Counted from the stretch's first letter, positions 1-13,030 are shown. The stretch: DNA of 64,000 nt from Eledone cirrhosa (GCA_964016885.1 OZ024747.1:16988001-17052000); one strand, 5' to 3'. Translations and numbers: made by a program. Notes: a model not told the origin generated them from the sequence alone.

Positions 1-701
1 ACAATTATATAACATCATCATTATCATACCTTACACATGGAAAATATATTTTACTATGCTTATTCGTTTTGTTGGCGAAAGTAAAAATGAAGCATCTTTC
101 CAAATTATATAAATTTGCTTTCTCACTAGAATGGCAATAAGAAATTACAATGATATATATGTATGTATATATGTGCGTGTGAGTGTGTGTGTGTGTGTGG
201 AGAGAGATAGAGTAATCTAGCATGATATTCTGTACTAATCCTGCTTATCTACAAGTTACTGTATATATATTCAATTAAACTTACATATCAATTGCAAGTA
301 TTCTTATATTGGTTTCCAACTATTTATGGTGTATGTGTAAATGTTGGACAATGCAAACAGAGGGTGAAATTAAGCGATTGTTTTATTCATAGTTTTACTA
401 TCGTTTTAGAGGTGTTATCGATCAAAGTGAATAGAAAGAGTGATTAATGAATAGTAGATAGGCGCCTCGTATTATTTGCCTTTTTTGCTTTTATTATTAA
501 ACCTATATATGTGACTCTACAGCCCGTTTAAATGCTTATCGGAATCCAATATGGGGAAAGATTACTTCGAAAGTACTTAGCGCTCACCACTTACTCTCTT
601 TGGAATCGTTATCTTTACTTCCGCACTAGATTGAGTTCTAACAGCGTTATTGGCTTTATCATAGTTAGGTGTATATCAGTGTATGTATATCTATATCTAT
701 C

Positions 702-754
<53 letters not shown>

Positions 755-878
755 GTAGGAGGTGAGTTTTATTGTAGTACAATAAAGCAATGCAGATATC
801 GGATAAGTAGCACTCTACAGTTTGTAGGACTGGAGTATAAATAATATAAGATCAAAAGATGGTTAAAAGAGTTCCATG

Positions 879-949
879 TATTTTATTATGCGCATTTCAA
901 AAACAAATATCATCATGCGATGACATTTGCCTTTTCGTCAGATAAAATA
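879..949 (-). ncRNA. Type I hammerhead ribozyme (family H1), intact core
   Basis: Minus strand: TATTTTAT-CTGACGA-AAAGGCAAATGTCATC(GCAT)GATGATATTTGTTTTT-GAAA-TGCGCA-TA-ATAAAATA. 8-bp stem I, 16-bp stem II (3 G-U), palindromic stem III, AUA cleavage triplet. Confidence 0.85.
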
Positions 950-986
950 GGGAGACATGATATGAAGGTTAAAACACACTTGTGAC

Positions 987-1056
987 TATTCATCTGACGG
1001 AAACGCAAATGTCATCGCATGATGATATTTGTTTTTGAAATGCGCATATTAAAATA
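987..1056 (+). ncRNA. Hammerhead H1, decayed copy
   Basis: CTGACGG (A9 to G)...GAAA-TGCGCA-TA; stem I weakened. Confidence 0.6.
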
Positions 1057-1091
1057 CATGGAACTCTTTTAACCATCTTTTGATCTTATAT

Positions 1092-1125
<34 letters not shown>

Positions 1126-1126
<1 letters not shown>

Positions 1127-1241
1127 CCAACCAACCAGAAATTTATAAATTTATAAATTTATTATAAATTTATTATAATAAATTGAAGTGAAAGCAACTG
1201 GTGCTGTGTTTCTTATTGGCAACATGACCCTCCCAAATTAT

Positions 1242-1247
<6 letters not shown>
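1126..1247 (+). mobile_element. PLE family A terminal fragment
   Basis: AACCAACC...GACCCTCCCAAATTATAACAATA matches the arms at 2048-2196 and 3530-3657; flanked by (TA)n. Confidence 0.75.
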
Positions 1248-1309
<62 letters not shown>

Positions 1310-1853
1310 GCATTCATTTACTTGTTTATGTAGTTAGTTTCGAAATTTTAGTACATCGCAATATATTTAAAACACCATGTGGATCCCCATGCGTACGTGA
1401 GACATGTCTTATAACACATGCCACATTGTTTGGTACGTATAAATATATTATCTTTATTATCAGTAGTCGTCGTTTTAGTATTAGGTATATTAATAAAACG
1501 TTAAGAATGTATTACGGATTAGAATCAAAGATTTTGGAAGTCAAGCATATTTTCCGGTTGGCAAATCTCCATATACTAGTTTGTCAAGATGTATTGCCAA
1601 TGTAGAAGTATATATACATATATGAAGAACATGTATGCAGCTAGACAACTTTTACGGGATTTCCCTCGCTTTGGCCTACATCTATATTTCAAAAATAGAA
1701 TCATTTCGTTATAGTGCCACATATAACCGGAGAATCAGTTGGCCAGCAGCCGAGGTAAATATAAACACACGCATAATGATACGCATATATACATACATAT
1801 TCTCATATATACTACCCCTAGACACGTATACACACACCCACCCACATATACAT

Positions 1854-1886
<33 letters not shown>

Positions 1887-1887
<1 letters not shown>

Positions 1888-2252
1888 TGTTATAATTTGG
1901 GAGGGTCATGTTGCCAATAAGAAACACAGCACCAGTTGCTTTCACTTCAATTTATTATAATAAATTTATAAATTTCTGGTTGGTTGGTTGGTTCCACAAC
2001 CAGATAGTTGTTTATATATATATATATATATATAAACAATATATATATAAACAACTATCTGGTTGAGGAACCAACCAACCAACCAGAAATTTATAAATTT
2101 ATAAATTTATTATAAATTTATTATAATAAATTGAAGTGAAATCATCTGGTGCGTCTGTTTCTTATTGGCAACATGGCCCTCCCAAAGTATAACAATATCG
2201 GTTTCAACACACGATTTCAGATAAAGAATCTTGCTAAACAAATTCAGAAACG

Positions 2253-2255
<3 letters not shown>
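1887..2255. mobile_element. PLE family A fold-back insertion, tail on right arm
   Basis: 1887-2012 is inverted relative to 2048-2196; the right arm continues into tail TCGGTTTCAACACACGATTTCAG...GAAACGAAA. Confidence 0.75.
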
Positions 2256-2318
<63 letters not shown>

Positions 2319-2689
2319 GTGTTTATTTCAAAATACCTGTTGTTGAGATTATACGTTTGCAGACTATAGAGTAAGATTGCGATACAAGGTCTCAGTGGCT
2401 GAACAAGACCAACATGCATGTTTCACTAACCAGTCTTAAGTACTACAACCGATTCCAACCCCTTACAAACGTGACCCAATACACAGCCATGCAATGATTG
2501 TAGCCTTATCTAATCTACCAGGATCCAAACCGACCCAACTCAGGGGATACCCTAAAATCTCCAATTAATTGGAAAAACCTACCTAATAAACAAACCACAG
2601 AACCCGAGAAAACAAGACACAAAACCCTTTATTAAAATACGCTTTCTACGAGCTAACGCAGAAGGTACGGAAACTATATATATATATGT

Positions 2690-2828
2690 TTATCCCATGT
2701 TCAATGATTTACACCGAATGGAACAGTTCTACTCCTAAACAGGCCTAGTATATTAAATATTTATACCCTGCTATGTTTTGAGTTCCTTACTTAATGTGGT
2801 TACCCCCCAATTGAACCAGGTATAAACT
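2690..2828 (+). mobile_element. Old diverged copy of PLE-type family F
   Basis: GAACAGTTCTACTCC...TTGAGTTCCTTACTTAATGTGGTTACC...TTGAACC resembles 35900-36030. Confidence 0.55.
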
Positions 2829-3082
2829 TATATAAATATATTTATATATAAAATATATATATATATATATTTCGTTTCTGAATTTGTTTAGCAAGATTAT
2901 TTATCTGAAAATGTGTGTTGAAACCGATATTGTTATACTTTGGGAGGGTCATGTTTCCAATAAGAAACACACGCATTAGTTGCTTTCACTTCAATTTATT
3001 ATAAATTAAATTTATAAATTTAGGAATTTGTAAATTTCCGGTTGGTTGGTTGGTTCCACAACTAGACGATTGTTCATATATT

Positions 3083-3125
3083 CTCAAAGTTCTTTTGTCA
3101 CACATTCTGTGACCTCTTCAGTGAC
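3083..3125 (-). ncRNA. Hammerhead H2, decayed (GAAA to AAAA)
   Basis: Mirror of 3460-3502 with G12 mutated. Confidence 0.6.
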
Positions 3126-3459
3126 TGGGGATTCTTTTCTTTGTTTGTGTGCCTCTCCTTTGTTCTGTCCTACGCCATCTTGTTTCTGTGTGTGGTGTGT
3201 GCTTAGTTTGCGCATGTCTTACATCTGGGTGTCTGTGTGTATTTATATTTGTTTATTTATTTGTTTATTTACATGTTACTGGTTGGTTGTTTGTTCAGTA
3301 ACATGTAAATAAACAAATAAATAAACAAATATAAACACAGACAGACACCCAGACACCCGGATGTAACACATGCGCAAACTAAGCACACACCACACACAAA
3401 AACAAGATGGCGTAGGACAGACCAATGGAGAGGCACAAAAACAAAGAAAAGAATCCCCA

Positions 3460-3502
3460 GTCACTGAAGAGGTCACAGAATGTGTGACGAAAGAACTTTG
3501 AC
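3460..3502 (+). ncRNA. Minimal type I hammerhead ribozyme (family H2)
   Basis: GTCA-CTGAAGA-G-GTCAC(AGAATGT)GTGAC-GAAA-GAAC-TT-TGAC: 4-bp stem I, 5-bp stem II, very short stem III. Confidence 0.8.
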
Positions 3503-3651
3503 AATATATGAACAATCGTCTGGTTGTGGAACCAACCAACCAACCGGAAATTTATAATTTCCTAAATTTATAAATTTAATTTATAATAAATTGAAGTGAA
3601 AGCAACTGGTGCGTGTGTTTCTTATTGGCACACATGACCCTCCCAAAGTAT

Positions 3652-3712
<61 letters not shown>

Positions 3713-6107
3713 TATATAATATATATATGTGTGTGTAATATGAAGAACATCATTTATTTTAGGGTGTATTGCAATAGTTAATAATATACTAACTAATATA
3801 ATTCTCTGACACTTCAGTGTCAATAATTAAGAAGTCCATTCGTCTTCATTATATCCGAAATATATTTTACATGATAATATTGTACCGGTATATATTTAAA
3901 GTGTGTTTTGCACTAATGGATTCCTTATAAACATGTCTGATTGGTTTGTTTTGAAAAAATGTACTTAAAGGAAAAATTATTTTTGTTTAAAAAGAAAAGT
4001 TTTTTTCCGTTATGAAAATTTTTTTTTTAAATATGAGACATTAAAATACACTATCCCCTGTATCGTTGAGACGATGAATGCAATATGTGAAGCGTAAGCA
4101 TTTTACCCCTATACCCATCCATATATATTGATTTTTTTTTCTTTTATTCTATAAACAGCCAACAGTTTTATATCTCATAAAATGCAACTCCAGGAAAGTG
4201 ATTTTCCCAACGGTTATAGTTCTATAGCAATAATGAAAATCATTGAAAGAGCCAATGACCTAGAACTCATGATAGACTACTTGATTGATTATTTTATAGA
4301 CTGTGCTCATAAATGGTTACGAAAATGTCTTCCAATCAATTCACAGTACAGATAAGGAGAGAAATATTCCTTGAAGAATCAATAAAGGCTACCGATGAAA
4401 TGTGCTCTCAAAGCGTTTGATTAAAATTGTAACGATAAAAAATAGATGTAGAGCTATATGAATATGGAGCAGATTAAAATTAGTCAATTTTAGAAAAATG
4501 GCAAAGTTACATTTCTCTACCTTCATTCTTGAGGGGCATTTTATATATTTATATACACAGTTACCGGTTGTTCAAAGAATATGATAATGTCAACCTATCA
4601 TATTTTGTTTGAATCTCCTGTTTATGATTGATATCAAAAGAAAATTTCAATCAGATGTAAATTCATAATGGATTCTAGACCTGCGTACATCATTATCACT
4701 TGAATGATTTACCTAAACAGCAGCTGTGATACTTAATATCCAATTCAATCTCAGTGTCAATTTGACATTCCAGAAGGTCATTAAATTTCACGACTCATCT
4801 CATCATAAATTTTCCCGAATATTCAGTAAATTATTATTGACAGTAAATCCAATAATTTATTAAACCAAATTTTATATTTGTTTTGTTGATCTTCTATTAA
4901 AATATGATTCAGCATATACAATTTGATGGAAAATATAAGTAACTAAATAAATAGAAACTATTCCAAATCTCAACAATGGATAATTCTAAGGGGTGTGAAG
5001 ATTCTTCAAATAATAAATTATTTGCTTCATTAAGTATTCTATCTTATTTTCAGAGTTCTAAATTTATTGACATCGATGAAATAACAAATAATAGAGTGAA
5101 TTACACCCAATCAACAACTCAGTCCCTATTAAATATCGATTTATGCATATTTCATAAAAATTTGTATTTGAACATTTTTGTGACGGGAGAAAGTATTATA
5201 ATTCAATTGAGATTATATTTTTCTAATGTAAAAGCCTGATTTAATGAGAGCTGGAACTGAAAAGGCTAACATAAGTACTAGAATAGATTTTAGAATAAAT
5301 TTGTTTCGTTTCATGTGAATCATCAATTCTCCTGTTTAAACAAATTTAGATATTCTCCTATTGGTGCTACATTAAAGTAAAATAAAAACATGATGGAATT
5401 TCCTTTGTATATCTATTGATTAGGAAGAATTATATGGTTGAAAACACAACCATTTGATTTAAAATTCTAGTCGATAGCAATTTAGAATATTTCTGAAAAA
5501 AAGATATCCGTTAACAGGATATCACTTATTTGTGGAATTTTGTTTCTTCATTATAATTCAGTTAACACAATGTTCCCCTTTCCATATTTCAAGTTTGATA
5601 CAATTATAGGGAATATGGCCTTAACTGCTTATGTGTCTGAGGCTAGAAGAAACTAGAAGAAATACACTCCTCTCTTGGTAGGTACAGTGCAGATCTTCCA
5701 GGAGAGTCAGAGAAAGTGAGAGAGAAATGAAAGAGGTAATATTGATCATTGTGCTGGTCATGTATTTCACTGACCATGAAAGGATGGAATACAATATGAA
5801 CCACGACGAGATTTGAACTAAGTGCGTAGTGAGCCGAACCAAAATCCGAGACATTTAATTCAGTGCCCTAATAACTGTTAATGCTCCATAACAAGCCTTG
5901 AAGACGTCCTGCTGAATGCCTGGAACCAGTAGCTGTATAAAGTATATAGTTTTACATTAATATTTCAAGTATAAACCATGATACCGGGAACTGACATCAT
6001 TTTATCAGATGAATTACTAATGCAGTTCTATATATAAATATTTATTGAAAACTGCCACCTTTTCAAATATGTGGCACCTTCTCAATTTCTTCGGTTTACC
6101 TCTATTA

Positions 6108-7834
6108 CACCGTGTAATAAAAAGAAAATGATTCTCTGTTCCTGGCTTGTAATCACTTTTTTGTGTTGCTTAGGTTACAAATAAAAAAAAGTGCTATTAA
6201 ACAGTTAAACGTTTGGGTTTGTAAACATTCTAAGCTATTCACTAGAATTATTTGTATGCTGGATTTTACGTTGTATGTAAGTTTAATTTGCTTATGTTAA
6301 ATGATTTTTTTATATATGTTTCAGGTTAAATTAAAATTATAAAATAAAGAGTAATACATAAAGAAAATTGTAAAAGTGCAATAAAGTATAAAATTGTTAA
6401 AAAGTGGATTAAAGAGATTTATTGATACTGGATTTTCGCACCCTGAATAAAGGGTAAGTTCTGTTTTAAGCATTCGTCTCCAAGATGAAGCAGTGGAACT
6501 TGGTCAAGAAGGAAGTGCAGGTGAAAAAGTCAGAGAAGTCGACACGAACCTTTCTCAAGCTTTTACACTCTTAGGGATGGCCTCTGCTTCTGCCATGACG
6601 TGCCTGGACTGTTCGACGTCTTTGGGGTGCCGTTTGTGCCCAACGAGTGGCGGCTATTTATAGACAGCTCCACCACAAGTTTGAAGGCTCCACAATGGAA
6701 ACAAGTTCCCGACACTACCCCTAGTTCATTCAGTCTACCTGAAGGAAGATTACTACAGTGTGAAAGTCATCTTGGAAGCTCTGCAATACAACTAGTACAT
6801 TTGGGAAATCATTGGAGACTTCAAGATGGTGGCTTTCCTGCTTGGACTCCAATGAAGCTTTATCAAATTCCAATGCTTCCTCTGCCTTTGTGACAGCAGA
6901 GCCACCTCTGACCACTACAAAAGAAAGAACTGGGAGCAGCGAACAGAATTTGTTGGTGGGACCCGGAACGTCATGTGGGAGCTACTGGTTGATCCCAGGA
7001 TTGTACTCATACCGCCACTTCACATTAAGTTGGGGTTGATAAAGCAGTTTGCGAAGGCTCTCAACCAAGAATCAGCCGCTTTAAGTACCTTCTTGAGTTC
7101 TACCCCAAGTTATCTGAGGCCAAAATCAAAGGTGGATTTTTGTTGGACCTCAGATAAAGAAGGTGTTTGAGTCTACCGAGTTCTCCAATAAGCTCAATAG
7201 GATTGAGAGAACAGCATGGAACTGTTTCAAGGCAGTTGTTAAGGGCTTTCTGTGCAACTACAGAACTCAAAACTACCAGCGACTGGTGCAGGATCTGATA
7301 AAGGCTTTTGGCGCCATGGGATGCAGGATGTCGCTTAAACTCCATATACTGGAAGCTCATCTGGAAAGATTCAAGGACAATATGGGCGCCTACTCAGAAG
7401 AACAAGGCGAACCATTCCACCAAGATGTGAAAGAGATAGAGCGGAGGTACCAGGGCCACTACAATGAAAAAATGATGGGGGACTATATCTGGGGGCTAGT
7501 GCGGGAATACGACCTGGACTATAACCGCAAATCCAGGAAATCCAGTAATTTCTGACGCGTATAAGTTGCTTTATAAGTGTTTTTTGTTTTTATTTGATTG
7601 GTTTTGATACGCTTGTGTAATAAAATAAATATATACTCTGTTGATTTAATTATATGAACTGATAATTTTTAAAAAAATGCGTTTTTCCTTGAAAAATATA
7701 AAAATTTCGAAATATCAAACTCCCGACCACAAACTCACACTTCTGATTAAATAATAGTGTTTTTTATAGTAATGGATATAATAAACCAGGAAATGACACT
7801 TAGAACCGGGGAACAAAATATATGTTACACGGTA
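6108..7834 (+). mobile_element. Chapaev3-like (CMC) DNA transposon, internally deleted
   Basis: Termini CACCGTGTAA (6108) and TTACACGGTA (7834); TTA duplicated at 6105-6107 and 7835-7837. CAC ends with a TWA TSD are Chapaev3 hallmarks; a transposase remnant lies inside. Confidence 0.8.
6470..7555 (+). pseudogene. Frameshifted Chapaev3-type transposase (C-terminal half)
   Basis: Motifs EWRLFIDSS, LIPPLHIKLGLIKQFAKAL, MSLKLHILEAHL and SEEQGEPFHQD...ERRYQG...MMGDYIW are split across ORFs 6600, 6973 and 7163. Confidence 0.85.
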
Positions 7835-8521
7835 TTATTGATGCCTTAGTTAGAGAAACTAACGTTGCAATATCGCATAAAACGATAAATCGTAACATAT
7901 GTTCAGCTCTTTTTTTGTTACAGAGTTTAGAGATTACCAAATGCTTAACAAAATAACAAATAAAAAATACAATACCGTTACTACTGGGGACTATAACGGC
8001 GGGAATTAAAACCTATCATATATACGATAATGAGTATTGAGGGGTTTGCTCCTACATTAGGACGAGATGTACTTAACAGGTCTCAGCACTATGTGTCTCA
8101 AACTATTCCAAAACGCATGTAAGAAAATTGTCATTTGAATGCCAATAACCATACATCTGATTTGTAACATGTCTCCAAAGTGCAACCAACATGTATCCTG
8201 AGACCATTAAAAGAAATATAAAAGCATCCCAAATGAGCAATTTGGAAAACGCTACAGTCAAATCAGAGAAGCTTCCAAGAAATCATAGATTTAGGAAGAA
8301 TAGATGAATCACCTACGTATACAAAACTGAACAATATATTGGACCATTAATTATTTCACAACTAACACGAAAGAAATAAAACATTTAATTATGAAAACCT
8401 TGTTGTTATTGTTGTTGATCATATTGTTATTAGCACCAAGTTGTCATTGATTAAGCAATCATTCCATCTGAAAGCATTAAGTGTTAACCAGTGTACATTT
8501 CCATTTTCAAGATGGTCGAGA

Positions 8522-8654
8522 TTATTTTAATATCCATGTAAACATACCTTCTAGGTTTAGTGAGGAGACTACCTGGATATAGTCAGTTTATTTTAATATC
8601 CATGTAAACATAGCTTCTAGGTTTAGTGAGGAGACTACCTGGATATAGTCAGTT
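8522..8654. repeat. 66-bp tandem duplication (2 copies)
   Basis: TTATTTTAATATCCATGTAAACATA...GGATATAGTCAGT starts at 8522 and 8588, with one mismatch. Confidence 0.9.
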
Positions 8655-10410
8655 CGCCTAAAGTAGATATCATTTCATGTCATACACAACGTATATATTT
8701 ACAGTCATAAGAGGAGCTGTAGTTATTAATGATCGGTTGTTCTAGAAGTCTCTGGTAGTCAATCCTAATTATCAGAAATTATTACGTAATGATGGTGTTC
8801 CAGTTATGGATAGAAATCTAGGCGAATATGTGATGGGAAATATGAATAAACATGCAAATTATTTTCAGTGCATTTTCAGTATCAAAATGGATGAGACGTA
8901 TTGCATTGACAGGGCTGATGGCATGCACCATCTTTTAAAAATACATTTTCATATAATAATTTTATTTTTTTATTATCATATTATTATTATTTTCTCTTAG
9001 ACATTTCCTCTCTTACTTTTATTAAATATGTATCTCACGGATACATATCAATAATGAAATATTTTGAGGACGCGAATTTATAAATAATATGCAAATACTT
9101 TTTATTTATTATTATATATCAATCCTTCATTTTGTAAGCAAAATTGTGTAGTTACAATATTATGTAAAATATTCATCTCGTAGTATCTAAGTAGGTGAGT
9201 TTAACTAAAAGCATTTTAGTTGTACGGTCATAAATATATTTTATCTTAATATAGAATTAATACATGGCTCAAGGCATCTGATAAAAAGAAAACTCGATAG
9301 TTGTATCTCAACTTGATTCTATGTTAGAACAAATGCTGTAATTGCTTAAATTCGTCGATTTAACAAACATTGGTATTTACTAGGTAATATAGCCGGAACC
9401 GTAACATAAAATTACATCTTGAATATTTCTCTTCTAGCCTGAATCTCAACACATTCTACAGATGCAGTTACATAGTTGTTCTAAGTATAATGCTATCACA
9501 AACCATTTCTGACAAGTATAATATATCACAACATATTTGCCTCTGAGAATAACATATTGTTCCATGCACTTAGAACCTGCATTCCATTCCCGTCACGTTT
9601 TTGTTGGTTGTTCAAACTGAAGAGATGTTTTGATTGAACAAAGTAATTTCAGTATATATCTTATCCTGATAAGAGTTTGCATAATTTTCGTTTAATAAAA
9701 TCCTGAGAAGAATGCATAATAGATAACTGAATAGTGATAGATGCGATTTACTAAGATTATACGAAAGTTCATTGACGTGATTATATAGAACAGCATGATA
9801 AAACAATGATTCATAACGCGATAAACATTATCTTGATAAGAATAAGCAGATTATATATAACGAATGTCGGGATCTGATAAGTAGAGCTTGATTATTCATC
9901 CCGTATTACTTCAATATGTGCATGTATTATAACAATAACAATTGGAATACTACCATTGAATATTAACATTACCTATAATAAAGAGTCAACGTTATACCTG
10001 ATACAACTTTATGGTATAGACGTTCAAGTGGTTGTGCTAAAAATTACTAAAATACCGTTCACTCTTATTCATGTTTAGTTTGTAAAACTTAGACTGATAT
10101 TTGAATGAGGTCCATTCAAAAAGGTGCTCAATTGCCTTACGATACGTAGCCTTATGCGTGATTAACAACATTCTTCTTCTTATTATTATTATTGGCGACC
10201 TACGTAGTAAATCGTATCATCGTGAGCTCCGCAAACGTTTGTTATTTTCAGTTGTTTAAAATTGCCATTTATGGAAAACTTTTATTGTTAATTGTATATA
10301 AGTGCACATACATTGATTTCTGAAAAGGACACTCAAAAAGATTGGGGCCTTGAGCCCAAAATTTAAACTTTTTATAATTATCAAACAAAAAAAATTTTCT
10401 TTGAAAAATC

Positions 10411-12100
10411 ATGGCCGACTCAGTGTCAGACCTTCCTCACAAACTAACACCTCACACCGACACCACCATTGTAAATATTACTACGTTTGCCAACACTAAA
10501 AATATAAGCAGTAACAATATTTTAAATTTGTCTCAGGCAGACATTCATTTCCCGCCATTACCAATGACTGCAGGTGTTAAAGCCGCCACCCCCACCATCT
10601 CCACAGCGACAACAGAAACAAAAGAAAAAAATTAATTAACTCGTGATATCGAAATGAATTCAACCAAAATGAACTCTTCCACACCGAACACCACTGACGC
10701 CACCACCACCACAACTGAAACTAAAATTAACAATAACAAAAATAACGATAACAACAACAACAATGAAATTAAGAAAACCACCCTGAGTTTTGCCAGAGTA
10801 GCAAAACAGTGCGAAGCATTTCAGGTAACTCAGGAGGAATTAGAAGAAGCCAAAAAAATGGTAAAGAAAGATGGGCAAAGGGTTACCCCCCCCCCCCACA
10901 CACACAGACAAAATGGAGCATCGGCGCCTACGCACCGTTTCTTATCGAACAATTAACATAAAATCGCGCCGAGTGGAACGGGCATCCGAGTCACAAATCC
11001 AAAAAGCTTTGGGACATGTGTGGGCAAATAAAACCCACATCAGACGTGGGCAGAAATATGGAACCGTGGACGTGTTCTTTGAAACACCACAGGAGGCTAG
11101 AGAACACTCCATGGCACATTAAGAAGTGACGACTTCACACTCGTCCCAAGCTATTGTGGCCAGAGACTCGTAAAGATCAGGGTGACCCACGTTCCACCGG
11201 CCATCGAAATTCCCTGGCTAATAGCTGCCGTCCTCGCCGGCATCGAAGCCAACACCAAGATAATCGAAATAGCGAAAGAAAAGCAGGAGAACTGGTCCGG
11301 ATCTGGGATGGAGCTCCTGATCCAAGCGGACCAAAAAAGCATTGAGGAGATCCCAGAGGTAATAGACCTTACTGACGGCAGCCACCTCACCGTAATCGTC
11401 GAGGGCAGAAGGCCTATGTGTGTCGTTTGTGGTGAAGGAACCCACCTAAGGGCTTTCTGCCCTCAGGCTAAAAGGTTGAGGTCACCTCTCTTACCCACCC
11501 CAGTGACTCAACCATCAACACCACCAGCAGCAGAGATGGCAGCAACAACTGTAGTAGCAACAACAGAAGCAACTGTAACAGCAACAACCCCAGCAACAGT
11601 AGCAAAATCAACACCACCACCACCCGACGCGCCAGAACTAACAACAGCGCCTACACCATCCACCACGCCACAACCAAAACCAACTCATGTGGAAGATGTT
11701 CAACTCCCCGGCCTATCACAACTGGAGACAGATTGTGACGACGAGGAGTGGGAAACGGTATCAGGAAAAAAGAAACCAAAAAAGAAAAAAATCTCTTCCT
11801 TCCCCTCCAAAAACAAAATACAGAGGGAAACAAATAAACTATCAAACAAAAAAGTTAGGACAGATATGCCACCATCCACACCAGCATCACCAACACCATC
11901 ACCATCATTAACCCCAACACCACTATCACCTACACCACAAAAGTCACCAAAAAGCGAAACAGATACAAACCCACAACAAACGCAAACAAAACAAAACAAC
12001 CAAAACATTACACACTACACAGCATTAAATTTGAACAACAACCAATTATTACACTACATCCAACACAACACCAGCATCACAGAAAAAGACTACACAACAG
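10411..12100 (+). pseudogene. Decayed ORF1 (gag-like) of an L1/Tx1-type non-LTR retrotransposon
   Basis: ORFs 10411, 10654, 10871 and 11182 join into one broken frame; RRM-like GTVDVFF...VKIRVTHVPP, zinc knuckle CVVCGEGTHLRAFC (CX2CX4HX4C), Pro/Thr-rich tail; no ORF2. Confidence 0.65.
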
Positions 12101-12103
12101 CCC

Positions 12104-13030
12104 ATCTTTTGGTTCTGTTTGGAGTTCTGGATCCTAGGGAGGGTGTCTCGTTGCCCCATGTCAGATTCTTTCATTTTCATCCATTCGATCATAATTTCAT
12201 CCTTCAAGTTGGCAAGTTCATTCTCATTCATTTCCTTATCATTTACGATCTCATTATTTTCATTTGGAGTTTCATCCTGAGCATGCACTCCCTCCACTTT
12301 TTCGATCCTTTTTTTAATTTGTTCTGTTGCCAGTGATTCCGCCCCAACCCTGGGATTCGAAGTGTTACAGTTTACCTCGTTTTCACTGACACATGTTTCA
12401 TTTTCCCTTCGCTGACTTTGTGCTAATAGCTTGATCTGATCAATTTCTATATCAGTTAGTAACTTTTTTCTTACAATATTTCTTCGTATATTGGCTAGTT
12501 TGTTACTGTCAATATAGCCTCTGTTTTCGGGATGTTTCTTTTTCCAGTTGATATATGTCTGTTCTGTATTCGATGTATTTGATGGGTAGTACATGGCAGT
12601 GTAGAAAGCCTCAAGGACTTCTTTATTATCTTCCCTTGACCATTTTTCTCTCTTTTTCTTTGGATTTCTTGGTGGTGAGCATGGAGGGCCAACAGTAGGA
12701 GTATTCCGGTTATGGGAGGTCTCCAGCTCCGAAGTGATGGGAAGGTTTGAACCATTAGCTGATTTTTCGACCCCAGTCTGGTTCCTCTCTGAGCGACGCG
12801 GCCCTTTTTTACCCGGGTGACGGCCGATCCGGTATGAGATTTTATCATTAGACATTTACTTTATTTTGTCGCGTTTTATCCTTATCCGCCAAGGGGTAAT
12901 CATTTCGTGTTACCACTTCTAGAACGAGTGTCAACCAAGACTAGAGGGGTCGTTCTCCCCTAGAGACACGGCTATTCCCCGCCGGCCGCCATCCCGGTAT
13001 TTCTTGGTCACGGGGTTTTCTTTTTGTTGT
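12104..13030 (-). mobile_element. 5' UTR and N-terminus of an R4/Dong non-LTR retrotransposon
   Basis: ORF from 12855: KREKWSREDNKEVLEAFY...YINWKKKHP...KLANIRRNIVRKKLLTDIEIDQIK resembles the Dong/R4 N-terminal domain; GC-rich 5' UTR at 12856-13020. Confidence 0.7.

Larger units (their letters stand above)
753..1091. mobile_element. Fold-back PLE-type mini-element in (TA)n, with a hammerhead in each arm and a ~90 bp tail on the left arm only
   Basis: Arms ~844-950 and ~986-1091 are near-exact reverse complements; (TA)n lies on both sides. Confidence 0.75.
2870..3657. mobile_element. PLE family A long fold-back (arms ~355 bp, 14-nt spacer, tail on left arm)
   Basis: Arms ~2927-3281 and 3296-3657 are reverse complements, giving mirror ORFs 3046..3312(+) and 3276..3539(-); termini are homologous to the GIY-YIG element at 44073. 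Confidence 0.85.

Noticed and set aside
2411-2440. Hammerhead-like CTTAAG-ACT/AGT-GAAACATGCATGTT (minus)
   Set aside because: Core mutated and one base short, with no stem I
3046-3539. Two near-identical 87-88 aa ORFs on opposite strands
   Set aside because: By-product of the palindrome; non-ATG starts and antisense to the ribozyme strand
4150-5600. Coding-like AT-rich stretch including ORF 4976..5239
   Set aside because: Many stops in all frames and no recognisable motif; could be an old transposase but unsupported
11182-12336. 384-aa ORF as a host gene
   Set aside because: Retroelement ORF1 remnant reading into antisense Dong sequence; upstream frame is broken
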